A stretch of 58,251 nucleotides of DNA, filler included, from Dugesia japonica (lineage: Eukaryota), in NCBI GenBank assembly GCA_001938525.1. It is 6 parts of 6 records of this genome, joined end to end, with 100 filler letters (N's around TTAATTAATTAA, not from the genome) between each part and the next. Parts side by side here need not be neighbours in the genome. Positions count along the whole stretch, not along the records: positions 1 to 8,699 come from MQRL01643331.1; positions 8,800 to 17,607 come from MQRL01648080.1; 4 more parts are not named here. One strand, 5' to 3'. A program made the translations under genes and the position numbers. A model generated the notes under the pieces. The model was not told the origin of the DNA. It worked only from the letters and a program-made list of their open reading frames with translations, and ran no database searches. Positions 1-11,558 of the stretch are shown one piece after another. Each line of letters starts with the position of its first letter. Within the stretch, counting starts at the first letter, position 1.

Positions 1-3000
1 CCCCCCGTGGTGCCATGCTGACATGTCTCACTACTAATATCATAGTTAAAAATCACTGAAACTCCTCCCCGTAGAAATAAAATTACAATTCTAAACTTTT
101 AAACCAAACAATTACACACATCTTGTGCGTACACAATCAAAGGACTAATAACAGTTCTCTTAAATTTTCCAGGGACAATATTAAAATTAATAGTAGAAAC
201 TCTCGTGAGGAATGTTATCATCATTTACAAACCCATTGTATGCTAATAATTAAATTTGAATTATGAATAATAGTAAATAGCAAAGTGAATAACTGAATAA
301 CAGTTTATAACCAAATAATTACAATTATTTTTAAAAAATATTTATTTAGTAATAATTTTTCTGCTTTTCTGATTTTTCGTTTTCTTGTAAGATTACTAAA
401 TATAAATATTATTGTTAATGCTTTTTTTAATATAAATAATATTTACCAATATCAAATGAGTTTTTTTTTGAACTGGAATGAGTTGAATTGATTGTCTTCA
501 ATAATTTAAGAGAAAAATATGTGATTCAATTGATTAGTTTGATTAAGGAAGGAAATAGATTGTATTAAAAGTTGAAAATGTAATGTAAATGTAGGATAGA
601 TTTTATTAAATAAGTTGATACAAGGTATCGAGTGAGGGTGTTCAATAGGCCAAACTTTACGTCTTGAATTAGTTGAAATAATTGAGGGTATGTAACCATC
701 ATTGATAATCTGCATGACTTTTTGAGGGTATTGAATGAAGTACTAATATTTTATGGGATTGTATGACTGAGTTTGTGAACCGATTTAGCTAAGTGAGTGA
801 TCAGTGAAAAAATAAAATAAGATTAAAGTAATTCGTAACATAATTTGAATAATTAATATTCAAAGTATAGAAAAAACCGGAAACGAGAGACTACATTGAG
901 TTGCAGATTTTTTATCCATACAAAATGCAACGCGTTCTTAAAAACGCAGAAAAAACCATCGTTATTGATTATATGGGGAATAGATTAAGTTGAATTAAAT
1001 ATAGATTAATCAAGTTTGGTTGCATTAATTTGTTTGAAAGAATAATTGAATATATTTAGACTGATTAGATTGATGATTAAGTGACTAGTTTGAAATAAAT
1101 TAAGGTCATTAATTAGGTTAAGTGAGTGGGAAGAAATGTATGTCTTGAGAGAAGGTTTTAATCAAATGAATTAAAAGAATATAGTATGCGATTAATTAAA
1201 ATCTTTTCAATGATGAAAAGATTATTAGTATTTTAAGATAATTTGAGTAATTCACGTCCAAAATAAATAAGTCATTTTTTACCACAAATAGAAATGTTAA
1301 GGTATGGACTAGGTTTTTTTTACTGGAATCTAGAGATGAGGCATTCCCACCAATAATTTATCTGGGCATTCCAAAGTGGCTCTTCCCCGCAGCGTTGGTG
1401 ACCCTTATCTGAAAAGTGAAGGCGCGTACCGATTTAGTTAAGGTTCTTGTTGTTTAGCGATAGTACCACTAAAATAATGAAAATCAAACCTAATCATGTA
1501 TTTTGCTGTCTTTCAAAAGGAAGAGACAAAATAACGATATAAATACATTTACGGTGACACAGGATACATACAATAAGTTTCAGTTCTAGTGATGGGAACG
1601 TAATTTCATTATCTCTTTCTATCAAAGTGCATAAGGTGTTTTGTAGCTAAAACTTAACAACATTAACCTTGGACGGGACACCTTACTAATATCAGCTACC
1701 AACTTAACAGCTGTTAGGGCATTGGAAAAGAACTGATTTATTAATGATAAATCATTATATGCTTTTACAATTTTTTTAACATAATGACCAGATTTTTGAC
1801 TGATAATCCAAACTAAATAGTTTCACTATGTCTTTTGATGATAAAAATTAAGTAATTCAACTCATAAATCCACATTTAAAACGAAATACTCATCCTTATT
1901 TCTTTTTGCTTTTAATATTTAAAGGAAAATACACATAAATATACATAATTTTCATTTTATTTTCAATGGGCCTTCATCAAAAGAAAGTTTAATTGTGACG
2001 GGTAATTTGGTAATTTGATATTTCTTTCTCTTGAAGTGATTTCTTTATCGATTGTGTAAGAACTGTTTATCCCAAATTTACTGGCTAGTATTGATTACAT
2101 CGGATAACACTCACTACTCTCCCGGAACTTCCGGATTAAAAAACAATATTTCTTTTTCAATCCTAGATTAACTTATATTAGAATTACTGTATATCTGACC
2201 AAGTATTGTTTGATAATTGCATTAGTTTGACTGAGAAAAAGAAAGTGTAATTGTGTATATTGTTTCCAATTCTCCAAAAGAAGACCTTACCGACGAATGT
2301 TCTCTCTTTGCACAATTACTGAGCGTCTTTGATTGATAATTTTCTGTCGTTTTCAAACAATTGTTTTTTCTTTATCTATTTTTTACTGGTTTTTTAAATT
2401 ACTTTTTTTTCGCCAGTATTTATACGCTTTTTGAGTATCTTGTTTTAATTTATTGTGTAAATTTCATGACCAATTCCATTTTCTTTTATTTTAACAAGAA
2501 AACATAGTAGCTTATTCTTATTTTCTACGATTTCTTTTGGTAATAAAAGTTATTGGCCTTTGTTGTAAATAAATTTGTTGGGTTCTGTCCCAACAGACAT
2601 ACAAAATGATTTCTTTTAATTATAAAAAAAGTCATTCTTGTCCAACTATTTTATTTAAAATACACTTTCAATTCTGTTGCTTTGAATTGAATTTAATTTA
2701 TTTTTAATTCTGTTATTTTATCTAATTAAATATGATACAAATGTTCTTAGTATTGTCGCGATTACTATTAATAAAACTAAGCCATTCAGCAAACTTTGTA
2801 AGTCTTAGAAATAAACTATGTTTAATGTTCAACAAGATCTACAATGAGAAACTTAATTATTTTTTTATAAATATGCAAAACCTTATTAAATTTCAAACCA
2901 GAAAATGTAATATTTAAACAATATTGAAAAATAATCCAACTTATCCGGATTTTCAACAAAATGAAATCTCAATAAAATCAATGAAAATAATTCTTCAATT

Positions 3001-3132
3001 TGGATTAGATTGAAAAATATTGTTTTAAGAATTTGAAAACGATTCCATATCTTTTTTATTTAGATTTTAAACTTTGGAATTTCTGTGAATGCTTAATACT
3101 TTCATTAGTGATTTATTATTATTTATTCATTT

Positions 3133-3140
3133 ATTAATTA

Positions 3141-3202
<62 letters not shown>

Positions 3203-3365
3203 NNNNNNNNNNNNNNNNNNNNNNNNNNNNNNNNNNNNNNNNNNNNNNNNNNNNNNNNNNNNNNNNNNNNNNNNNNNNNNNNNNNNNNNNNNNNNNNNNN
3301 NNNNNNNNNNNNNNNNNNTTATTATTATTATATATTATTATTATTATTATTTTTATTATTATTAT
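3133..3365. repeat. (ATT)n microsatellite spanning an N gap
   Basis: Pure ATT run on both sides of the gap; it generates the spurious poly-I/poly-L ORFs in the track. Confidence 0.95.
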
Positions 3366-3559
3366 ATATTATTGGGTTGCGTAATAAGTCTTTTCGTATT
3401 TTTCTATTTAATCAAATAAGCAAAATATTGAAAGCCTGATTAATTAAAAATATCGGATATATATTTTTTAATTATCATACTTATGCATTCATTGTCAGTA
3501 CCTTATTTTAAAAGAAATTTAGCTGATTATTTGAAATTATAAATAAATAAAGAAGATAA

Positions 3560-3870
3560 GAATAAATATTTTCTTTAATTGGTGTTGTTTTATTTCCGTA
3601 ACGGAAAAAATGCAATACAAACGAAAATAAAAATTTGTGAGAAGAATTGAGAAAGTGAAATAAGTAAACGGATATATCAGAACTGGTTTCAACAATTTTG
3701 TACCGGTGAAACAGCGAGTAAAGATCGTAAAGCCTCAGGTCAATCATCAGTGATAGATGATGAATAAATCAAAGGTTTGATTCTATTAACTCGTATTACA
3801 CAACACAAAATGCTATTGTAAATCATTTACACAAGATAAGCTATGTGCCATATGTGCTTGGGTATTTTTT
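3560..3870 (+). mobile_element. Mariner transposase relic (N-terminal HTH region)
   Basis: Hand translation FYFRNGKNAIQTKIKICEKN*ESEISKRIYQNWFQQFCTGETASKDRKASGQSSVIDDE*IKGLI matches the mariner pattern G.NA....IC..YG...S.R..Q.WF..F..G.....D..RSGRP...D. Contains stops and a deletion. Confidence 0.75.
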
Positions 3871-3879
3871 AGTACCTTA

Positions 3880-4850
3880 ATAAAGTTATTAAATAGTGTT
3901 ATAATTCGTTTTATATGGTTCTATAGAGTTTTTATATGAGTTTTAGTGGTTTCATCGAATATTTCTGGGTTTTTGAGGTTTTGTCATGAATTTTAATGGA
4001 TTTATGGGGATTTTTAAAGAGGTTTTATATGGAGATTTCGTGAGTTTTATATGATGTTATAATGGGATTTATACAGTTTTATTTGAATTGTTTATGGTTT
4101 TCATGGTTTCTATAAGTATTTATAATGATTTTAATAACGTATTTATATGATTTTAATAACGTATTTATATGATTTTATAATTTGTTTGACATAGTTCTAT
4201 GGTGTTTTATATAAGTTTCAGAGGTTTTCTATGCTATCTTTTGTTGGTTTTAGTGGTTTATTAGGTTTTCATGAATTTTAATTTTTTTATATATGGCTTA
4301 TAAAAATTCTATACGGTTTTAATAAATTTATAAGAATTTTTATATATTGATGAATAGGGTTTTAAAGATTTTCTAGTATTTTTTAAGGCTTTGAGTGATT
4401 AAATTCTAAAGTTTTGTATGGTTTTATATGGGTTTTATTTGAATTTTTATGATTTTATATGGTTTTAATAAATTTATAGGATTTATATATGTGTGTGTGG
4501 ATTTATAGGGTCATATAAACTTTTTATATGGTTTTATATAGTTTTTATGCAGGGTTTAAAGGATTTTGATGAAATTTAATGATTTTCATGAACTTATTGG
4601 TGTTATATGGTAATATTAGGGTTAGAGTTAGGATTATGGCAAAACTTTAGTAGATGAAATATTAACTTAATATTGAGGTAGTTTCTCAAACATTTGCTAG
4701 AAATATAAATAAATTATCAAATATTTACTAGAAGTCTACAAAGGTTTTCATAAATTTACTAGGTGTCATAAAAATATAACACAAATTTACTAGAAGTCTA
4801 AAAAAATTTTATAAAATTACTAGACATCGATAAAGTTTTTAAATTCCTAT
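3880..4850. repeat. Degenerate low-complexity tandem repeats (GGTTTTATAT-like, then AAATTTACTAGAAGTC-like)
   Basis: Recurrent short units, including a direct duplication of TGATTTTAATAACGTATTTATA at about 4126-4175. Confidence 0.55.
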
Positions 4851-5411
4851 GTAAAACAATGGAAAAATATTAATTTCATATAAAATTTATACTATTTTGA
4901 TTAAAAGATAAATTGTATTAAATCTCATACAAATGTTTCAAGAATATGCAGAAAAAACTTTTTTAATAATTTTTATACTAATATCATAGACAAAATATAC
5001 ATTATGTTCGTTATTTCATACAATAGTTTCATTAAGTAGTATATAAAATTTAATAAGTATTCAATATGTTCAATAATTCAGACTAATTTCCATAAAACAT
5101 GTGCAAATTACATTTAGATAAATGTTAAATCTGTTAAGTCATTTGTAAATTACATAAAGTCAATAATATTAATTTCATATAATTAAATAAAAATAGACTA
5201 ATAGTATTAGTAATTATTATAATAAAAACAAAAATAATAAAAATAAGAAGAAGAATATTAAGAATATCTAGAATATTGACTTGGTTTTTTAGTTTCAATT
5301 CAATTAAATACCAGGTGTGTATTATTAATTTAGTTTATAAACAAAGTAAATATAGTGTTTCGTCATAATTTGAAAACGAATAAAGTAAGCGTATTTTTTT
5401 AGAACAATAAA

Positions 5412-7660
5412 ATGAATACAAATAATATGAATGAAAACCTAATGCAAGGAAAAATCAATGAAGTAATTTTAATTTATTAAATTATTTAATTAAATTAATT
5501 TTTTTAGAATAAAAAAGTTATGAATGAAAATATGAAAAGGAAGATTTCTACTAAAAATTATGGAAATAATAAGAGAAGATTAATTACAATGGTTAACAAT
5601 GATTATATTCAAAAATCAAATTTCAATGAATCATATGTTAGTCTTCAATTTGAGGTTAAGAATTTGGAATTGAAATTGGTCCAAATTCCAGAACACTGAG
5701 ACATCAGGTGCAAGAAGAGGTCATGAAATTTAAACATTGTAAGATGCAATTTGGATTCCATGCAAAATTTGAAAGGAAGAATGAAGATGAAGAAGAAATT
5801 AAATAATAGTCATGGTCGTACAAGGCTATGGAATACTCAGATGATTTTATAGATAAATTAATGGAAAAGACAAATGCTGAAATTTCAGTGTATTCCGAGC
5901 TCAGTAGTGAATGGAAAATTAAAAGAATATTAGAGCTACGATTTATTTTAACGAAATATATCCCAGTAATTTATCTATTCGGTCGATCATACATTCAGAG
6001 TCCTAAAGCATTAAATCAATCAAAGGCTATAGTTAATGTTCATAATACGGACAACAAATGCTTTATCTATAGCATCTTGGCGGTGTTTAAGTATGATTTA
6101 ATTGATGATCATCGATGGAGACCTAAAATTATAGCAGTTTTCTAAATGAATTAGTTTATGATAAACAGTAGATGCCGATGAAGCTTATCAAGATTCCAGA
6201 ATTTGAACGTCAAAATAATTTATCAATAATAGTGTTTAAATATCAAACTAATGATAAAGACGAAAATGAAATTTTAAATAAAAACCCATATGTCGATATC
6301 ATTATATCCAGACAGATAAGAATACCTCACTCCTTTACATTGATATTAATAACCTATATGGTTGGGCCTTAACACAAACATTACCATATAGAAATTTTGA
6401 ATTTATCTCAGAAGATCAGATAGAACAGTGATCGGCAAACATTTTAGCCAAAGAGCCAAATATGGACATTGCAACAATTTTAAAAAAATTGGGAGCCAAA
6501 TCTGATTGTTTAGTAAAGTTTTATTACATAAAATAAAATTACACTAAATAAAACTAAATTACACACTTAATAATATTTATTAATGCGAACAATGTGCTTG
6601 CAAACATACGAAAAAAGTCAGCCTGGTGCTTGTTAATTGTTTGTGTTTACGTTTTCGAAAAAACTAATAAAATTAAACTCGAAGTTCGTTACATATTTTT
6701 ACAACATTATAAAATTTTAATTACCTATCTATCTTTTAACTTAAACAAAAATTAATACATGTTCTCGATTTATAGAAGATTTTTAATTTATCAAATACAG
6801 ATGTAATTTTTTGCGTGTTTTTTTAAATGAAAAATTATTGCGCCTTCCGTGAATATTTGTTTCAGAGCAGCACTTAAGGATCCAAAGAGCCACATTCAGC
6901 TCTGGAGCCGCACTTTGCCGACCACTGAGATGGAAGAAATATACCAGACGATGTTGATGAATAACAATAATTAGATCGTGTACCTGCTTGAAATTGATCT
7001 TGAAATACCGAACGAACATCATGATACCTTTGACTTCAGAACACAAGTATCCACCTGGATTGAAAGTTAAAAGGTTGCTGCTGAACCAAAACGACATTAT
7101 TTCGTATATTGGCGATTGTTAGAATTATATATAAAACTCGGGGCTCGTGTAACTGCAGTACATAGAATAATCCAGTTCAAACAAACGGAAATATTTGCTA
7201 ATTATATTAATGAAAATTCAGTGAGAAGAGCAGAATCAAAGTCTAAATTTGAAAAGTATTTCTAGAAACTTTTAAATAATGCGTTATATGGTAAAACAGT
7301 GAAGAAGTTGAATAATCGCATGGATCTCCGGCTATGTAAGATTTAAAAAAACAATGTATATCGCAGAAGACCTCAAAGCTATATTGTTAGAGAACGATAC
7401 TATATGTCTAGATATACCGAGTTATATTGGTTAGGTGGTTCTAGATTTGAGTAAACTTCGAATGTACAGGTTCCAATATGAAGAGTTAGAAAAATATCGT
7501 CAACAATTTCAGTACAAAATTGATATTATTGCTGTAGATACGGATAGTTTTTTCTTATCGTGTACCGGAGTAGATAAAAACCAACTTTTCTCTCAAATGT
7601 GATCAGATGGTATCTTGAATACAAGCAATTACTCTAAAGATCATACACTCTATTCCAGAT
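5412..7660 (+). pseudogene. Decayed protein-primed family B DNA polymerase (Polinton/Maverick-type pPolB), internally deleted
   Basis: N-terminal block GRSYIQSPKALNQSKAIVNVHNTDNKCFIYSILA...PMKLIKIPEFERQNNLSI; motif A LYIDINNLYGWALTQTLP (about 6335-6390); motif B KLLNNALYGKT (about 7265-7298); motif C AVDTDSFF (about 7531-7554). Many stops and frameshifts; the exonuclease region is missing. Confidence 0.9.
6426..6927. mobile_element. Non-autonomous hAT (Charlie-like) MITE inserted in the pPolB relic
   Basis: TIRs CAGTGATCGGCAAAC and reverse complement CAGTGGTCGGCAAAG (13/15 match); 8-bp TSD AGATAGAA (6418-6425) / AGATGGAA (6928-6935). Polymerase homology resumes right after it. Confidence 0.9.
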
Positions 7661-8699
7661 TAATAATGATAATGATAATATGTATTACTTAACGTAGCAA
7701 TGTTGCATTGTAATGCTAAATTCCATGAATGTTATTATCTAATATTTCAAATACCATGCTAACTATGTGTGTAATTATTATGTAATAGAATAAATTTCAT
7801 AAGTGGGCCAGAGTGAATGCTTCCCTCTACTATAGTAATTTTTTTACTTACGAAACTATTGATTAAATGCTTCTTAATAATAATGAATTTAAATGATGGA
7901 AATGTTATTAAACACCCAGATAAATTTAATAAAATTTTAAAAAATAAGTTGTTTTAAACGTTCTTTACTCCTTTACACATTTTAAAATTAGTTTGCTAGT
8001 ATATTCAGTATTATAAAATAATAAATGTGTTCAGTAATAATTCTAAGACACCTTATGAATCGGTGTCTAATTTTTTAATAAAAATTTGTGTAATTTCTAA
8101 TGTTCTGTCATCTCTGTAAAATAATTTAGGAACACTCCAATTAGTCATTCATAGTAATATTTTAAAACATAATATTCTTAGTAAAGCAGTTATAAATAAT
8201 AAATATTTCAAGGTTTTGTGCAGACACCTTAAAAATTATTGGGATAAAATTGTATGCAAAACATTGATAATTATATCCGAAAATCAATGTTCAAATGGGT
8301 CGTTCTAAATCTTTATTGAATGTCTTTATATAATTTGAATTTCATTGAGAATGTTACATAATCGATTGCATAATGCGAATATTTAGTATATATACTTCAT
8401 TGGTAGTCTAAAACAGTTTCCCTGAAAATGACNNNNNNNNNNNNNNNNNNNNNNNNNNNNNNNNNNNNNNNNNNNNNNNNNNNNNNNNNNNNNNNNNNNN
8501 NNNNNTTTTAAAATTTTCATAAATTGTCAGTTTTATAATTTGTTTGACATCATATAAATTAATTTTTTTTATTCAGTAACATCTTTTCTATTTTCATCAT
8601 AAACATTTTGTTTTACATTTTTCTCAAACAATGAATAAGAGCGATAACGGAGTTCTCACTTAAAATAAGCATCATGCCCCTTAAACAGGGGTGGTAACA

Positions 8700-8799
8700 N
8701 NNNNNNNNNNNNNNNNNNNNNNNNNNNNNNNNNNNNNNNNNNNTTAATTAATTAANNNNNNNNNNNNNNNNNNNNNNNNNNNNNNNNNNNNNNNNNNNN
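8700..8799. other. Artificial assembly linker 44N-TTAATTAATTAA-44N
   Basis: Exactly 100 nt, stop codons in all six frames, identical at five positions in the window. Confidence 0.97.
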
Positions 8800-9015
8800 T
8801 TTGAAGTTAATGTCACAGGAGAAAATTATTTTCATATGTTAGAGACATTTTTAATGTCTATTTTGAAAGCAGTTAAAAGGAGCGAATATGTTGTTCATTC
8901 AACGATGGTGCATTATTACATTTTTCTTCAATCTTTCTAAATTCTTTGAACGTTTCATTTCCAAACAAGTGATGTATTGATCTTAGTATTTCACATTTAT
9001 TTTGGAATACTTACA
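8800..9015 (+). mobile_element. Tc1/mariner-superfamily transposase relic (catalytic region)
   Basis: EVNVTGENYFHMLETFLMSILK...NDGALLHFSSIFLNSLNVSFPNK resembles TVTG..YL.ML...L.P.L...QDGAPPH....LN..FP. Confidence 0.6.
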
Positions 9016-9599
9016 TATTTTTCTCAAAATTTATTTTTTCTTTTAAACAATTTATAAATCGAACTTTATATTTATTCCCTTTACCATCATGAAATTTAAT
9101 TAAACATTGAGTTTAAAACATGGATTTATTGTAATATCTTTTATTTATTATCGATTTTCTTTTAGTATAATTTGTTTATATTTTTTTGCAATTTTTTTAC
9201 CAGTTCAAATTTCGTGTTTTCTGAATATTATACTACAATTTTCTGAAGATTTTATTCCTTTTACTTTTTCAATTGTTATTTTCAGTGGGTTCCGTCCCAA
9301 TACTAAAAAGTATTTTAGCAACGCAACCATTGTTTTTTAAATTTCATCATCGTTAATTTGAATTTCTTTTTCACTAATTAACTTTTAATTTTGATACTTC
9401 AGTTAATTCAAATGCGTTCTCTAATTTATGATCATGTTCATCGATAGTTCTTCCATAAACTAAAATGTCATATAAGTAAGCAATTGTGATAATCACTATT
9501 ATTGATGCTCCCGAATCAAAGTAAGTGCTTATTTTCGGATAAATGGCTTTTTTTTATATTATTACATTAACACATCGATTAAACAAATCGAATAAACAA

Positions 9600-10254
9600 A
9601 CGGCGAGAGGAAAAGAGAGTACACCAATTACCAAACGAGAGGATATTGTAGTTTATTGTGGAGGAGAGATCACAGAGGATCACGATGAGTATCCAATAAA
9701 GAGATCAGGCATATGACCAGGTCATATGATGAATGTTTATGTTTTCGCAAGTGGAGAAAATGAGAGAAACCCGTATATATTAAAGTCAATTAGAGAGGAT
9801 TTATGTAGAAAAACAATACGATATTATGCCGATAATGTCAATCCAAAGTTGCCATGGGGATTGCAACTACATAATAAAGAAATTGAATTAGCAAATCGAG
9901 AAACGGTAGCAGTAATACAGCACAGACCGAGATTACATCGACAATACAAATCAAATCAAGAGTTGAGTCAGTCCCAAGAAATAGTAGCGGTAATGTCCGG
10001 TAAATCGAAAAAGTGTAGTGGAGATTCTGTCGATATGGTAGACCAGTTTATATCCAAAATTCAAGAGAAGAGTATAAACAAAACCAGTGTGGAGCATATA
10101 GCGGATCAATTATTGCAGAGCGATTTGTCAATTGGTCAATATGAAAGTATGTTTATATTAAATGTAAATTTAGTTATTTTAATTTGTTTCAGAAATAATG
10201 ATTACAAGCAAAGATAGAGATAAAATAAAAATTTGTAAATGGTTCATAGAATAA
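9600..10254 (+). pseudogene. Unidentified spliced gene or gene fragment, C-terminus possibly CARD/death-fold-like
   Basis: 163-aa ORF 9726-10217; the frame extends upstream through one TGA. Candidate 46-nt intron GTATGT...TTTCAG at 10147-10192 gives the C-terminus SVEHIADQLLQSDLSIGQYEKIMITSKDRDKIKICKWFIE*. Confidence 0.45.
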
Positions 10255-11126
10255 ATGAAAAATAATTAAAAAAATAACCGTGGTCCCAGAAAACTCACAT
10301 TGACTTCGTTAGTTTTAAGTTTATTATAAGTTAATTAATTTACTTATTTTACTTTTTTATTTTTTAATTGATTCTTAATTTTTTTAAATAAGTATTATTA
10401 AAGAAGCATAATTATTGTTTAATGAAATTCTTTTACTGATAACTCCACTTTTCGATTAATTCCATTTTATAAAACTTTTCGTTTATTGTTGATACTGGGA
10501 ATTTAGCACAATAATAAATAAATTATATTTAATTTGATTTATTATTTTAAATATGTCAATTAATTAACTAACTTAATTTTAAAATTTTTCTAAAATAAAA
10601 TCTAAATTTTATTTTAATCAAAAAGATTAATTGATAATCTTTTGATATATATTTTTTGCAAATTAATTAATTTTTTTATTTGAAAAAATATTATTACAAA
10701 TTAAAAAATTTGATTTTTTGGTATGAAAATAATTTGCCATCATCGATCTATAAATCCGATTTTTTTATGGTAAAATAAATTTCTTTCAATTTAGATTATT
10801 TTGGATGATAATCAAAGTCTCGACAAAATATAGAAAATAAATTTTTAGTCATTAAATTTAAATTCTAGGGTTTAACGATATAGAAATATAGACTAAATAA
10901 TTATTTATCATTAAGCAAATAATTTTAATCTCAGTAATTTTAGATAATAATACAGTATATGTCGATTTAATCATACCCCTAAATATCGTTTTAATCATCC
11001 ATCTATGTTTCTTTTATAATTACAAATATTGTGAGAATAATTGTTGGACTAATCCATTGATCGCATTTGAGATTTCATTAAAATAAAGAAAAAGCTTCGA
11101 TCAAAATAAAATGTATTTTTAAAGAA

Positions 11127-11160
11127 ATTCAAATTTTCGACACTTGTCTTCATCAGGAAT
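11127..11160 (-). ncRNA. Minimal type I hammerhead ribozyme motif
   Basis: Minus strand reads attc-CTGATGA-A-gac(aagt)gtc-GAAA-at-TT-gaat: conserved core, stem II, stem I attc/gaat, and palindromic AATT in place of stem III. Confidence 0.7.
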
Positions 11161-11523
11161 GATGACTTTCTGTTGGATTCAAAACGACAATAGATTTTTG
11201 CTACATAAATTCTTTATATTTTATCAAAGTTTTATTGGTCTATTTAAATAATTATTTTGTTACTTTAAAATTTTAAAATTAAATCTCTTAAAAAATCTTT
11301 TCTAATCAAATTGATTTGAAAATCTCCAAAATGTTTTTTTAAAACAAAACTAATATATTAAAATAATAAAATATTTAAAATATGTATTTTTATTTATTTA
11401 AATATTAAAATATTTCAATTATTTATTTTTAATTAAAATTTCCAATAAAAATTTAATAAAAATAAATTAATTCACAAATTATTATTATTATAACCATATA
11501 TCTTGAATAAATTTTAAAAAGTC

Positions 11524-11558
11524 AATTCCTGACGAAGACAAAGTCGAAATGTCGAATT
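11524..11558 (+). ncRNA. Minimal type I hammerhead ribozyme motif
   Basis: aattc-CTGACGA-A-gac(aaa)gtc-GAAA-tg-TC-gaatt: conserved core, 5-bp stem I, GUC cleavage triplet. Confidence 0.72.

Noticed and set aside
480-1450. Minus-strand coding-like patches (ORF 506-715; an FN3-like FTFQIRVTNAAGKS at about 1380-1420)
   Set aside because: Frames are broken by stops and no family motif could be confirmed; this may be an old retroelement fragment, but it is unsupported.
3089-3439. Poly-Ile/poly-Leu ORFs (also 13550-13955)
   Set aside because: Translations of (ATT)n microsatellites and N runs.
8744-8755. TTAATTAATTAA palindromes as piggyBac targets or regularly spaced repeats
   Set aside because: Always centred in exactly 44+44 Ns, so they are synthetic linkers.
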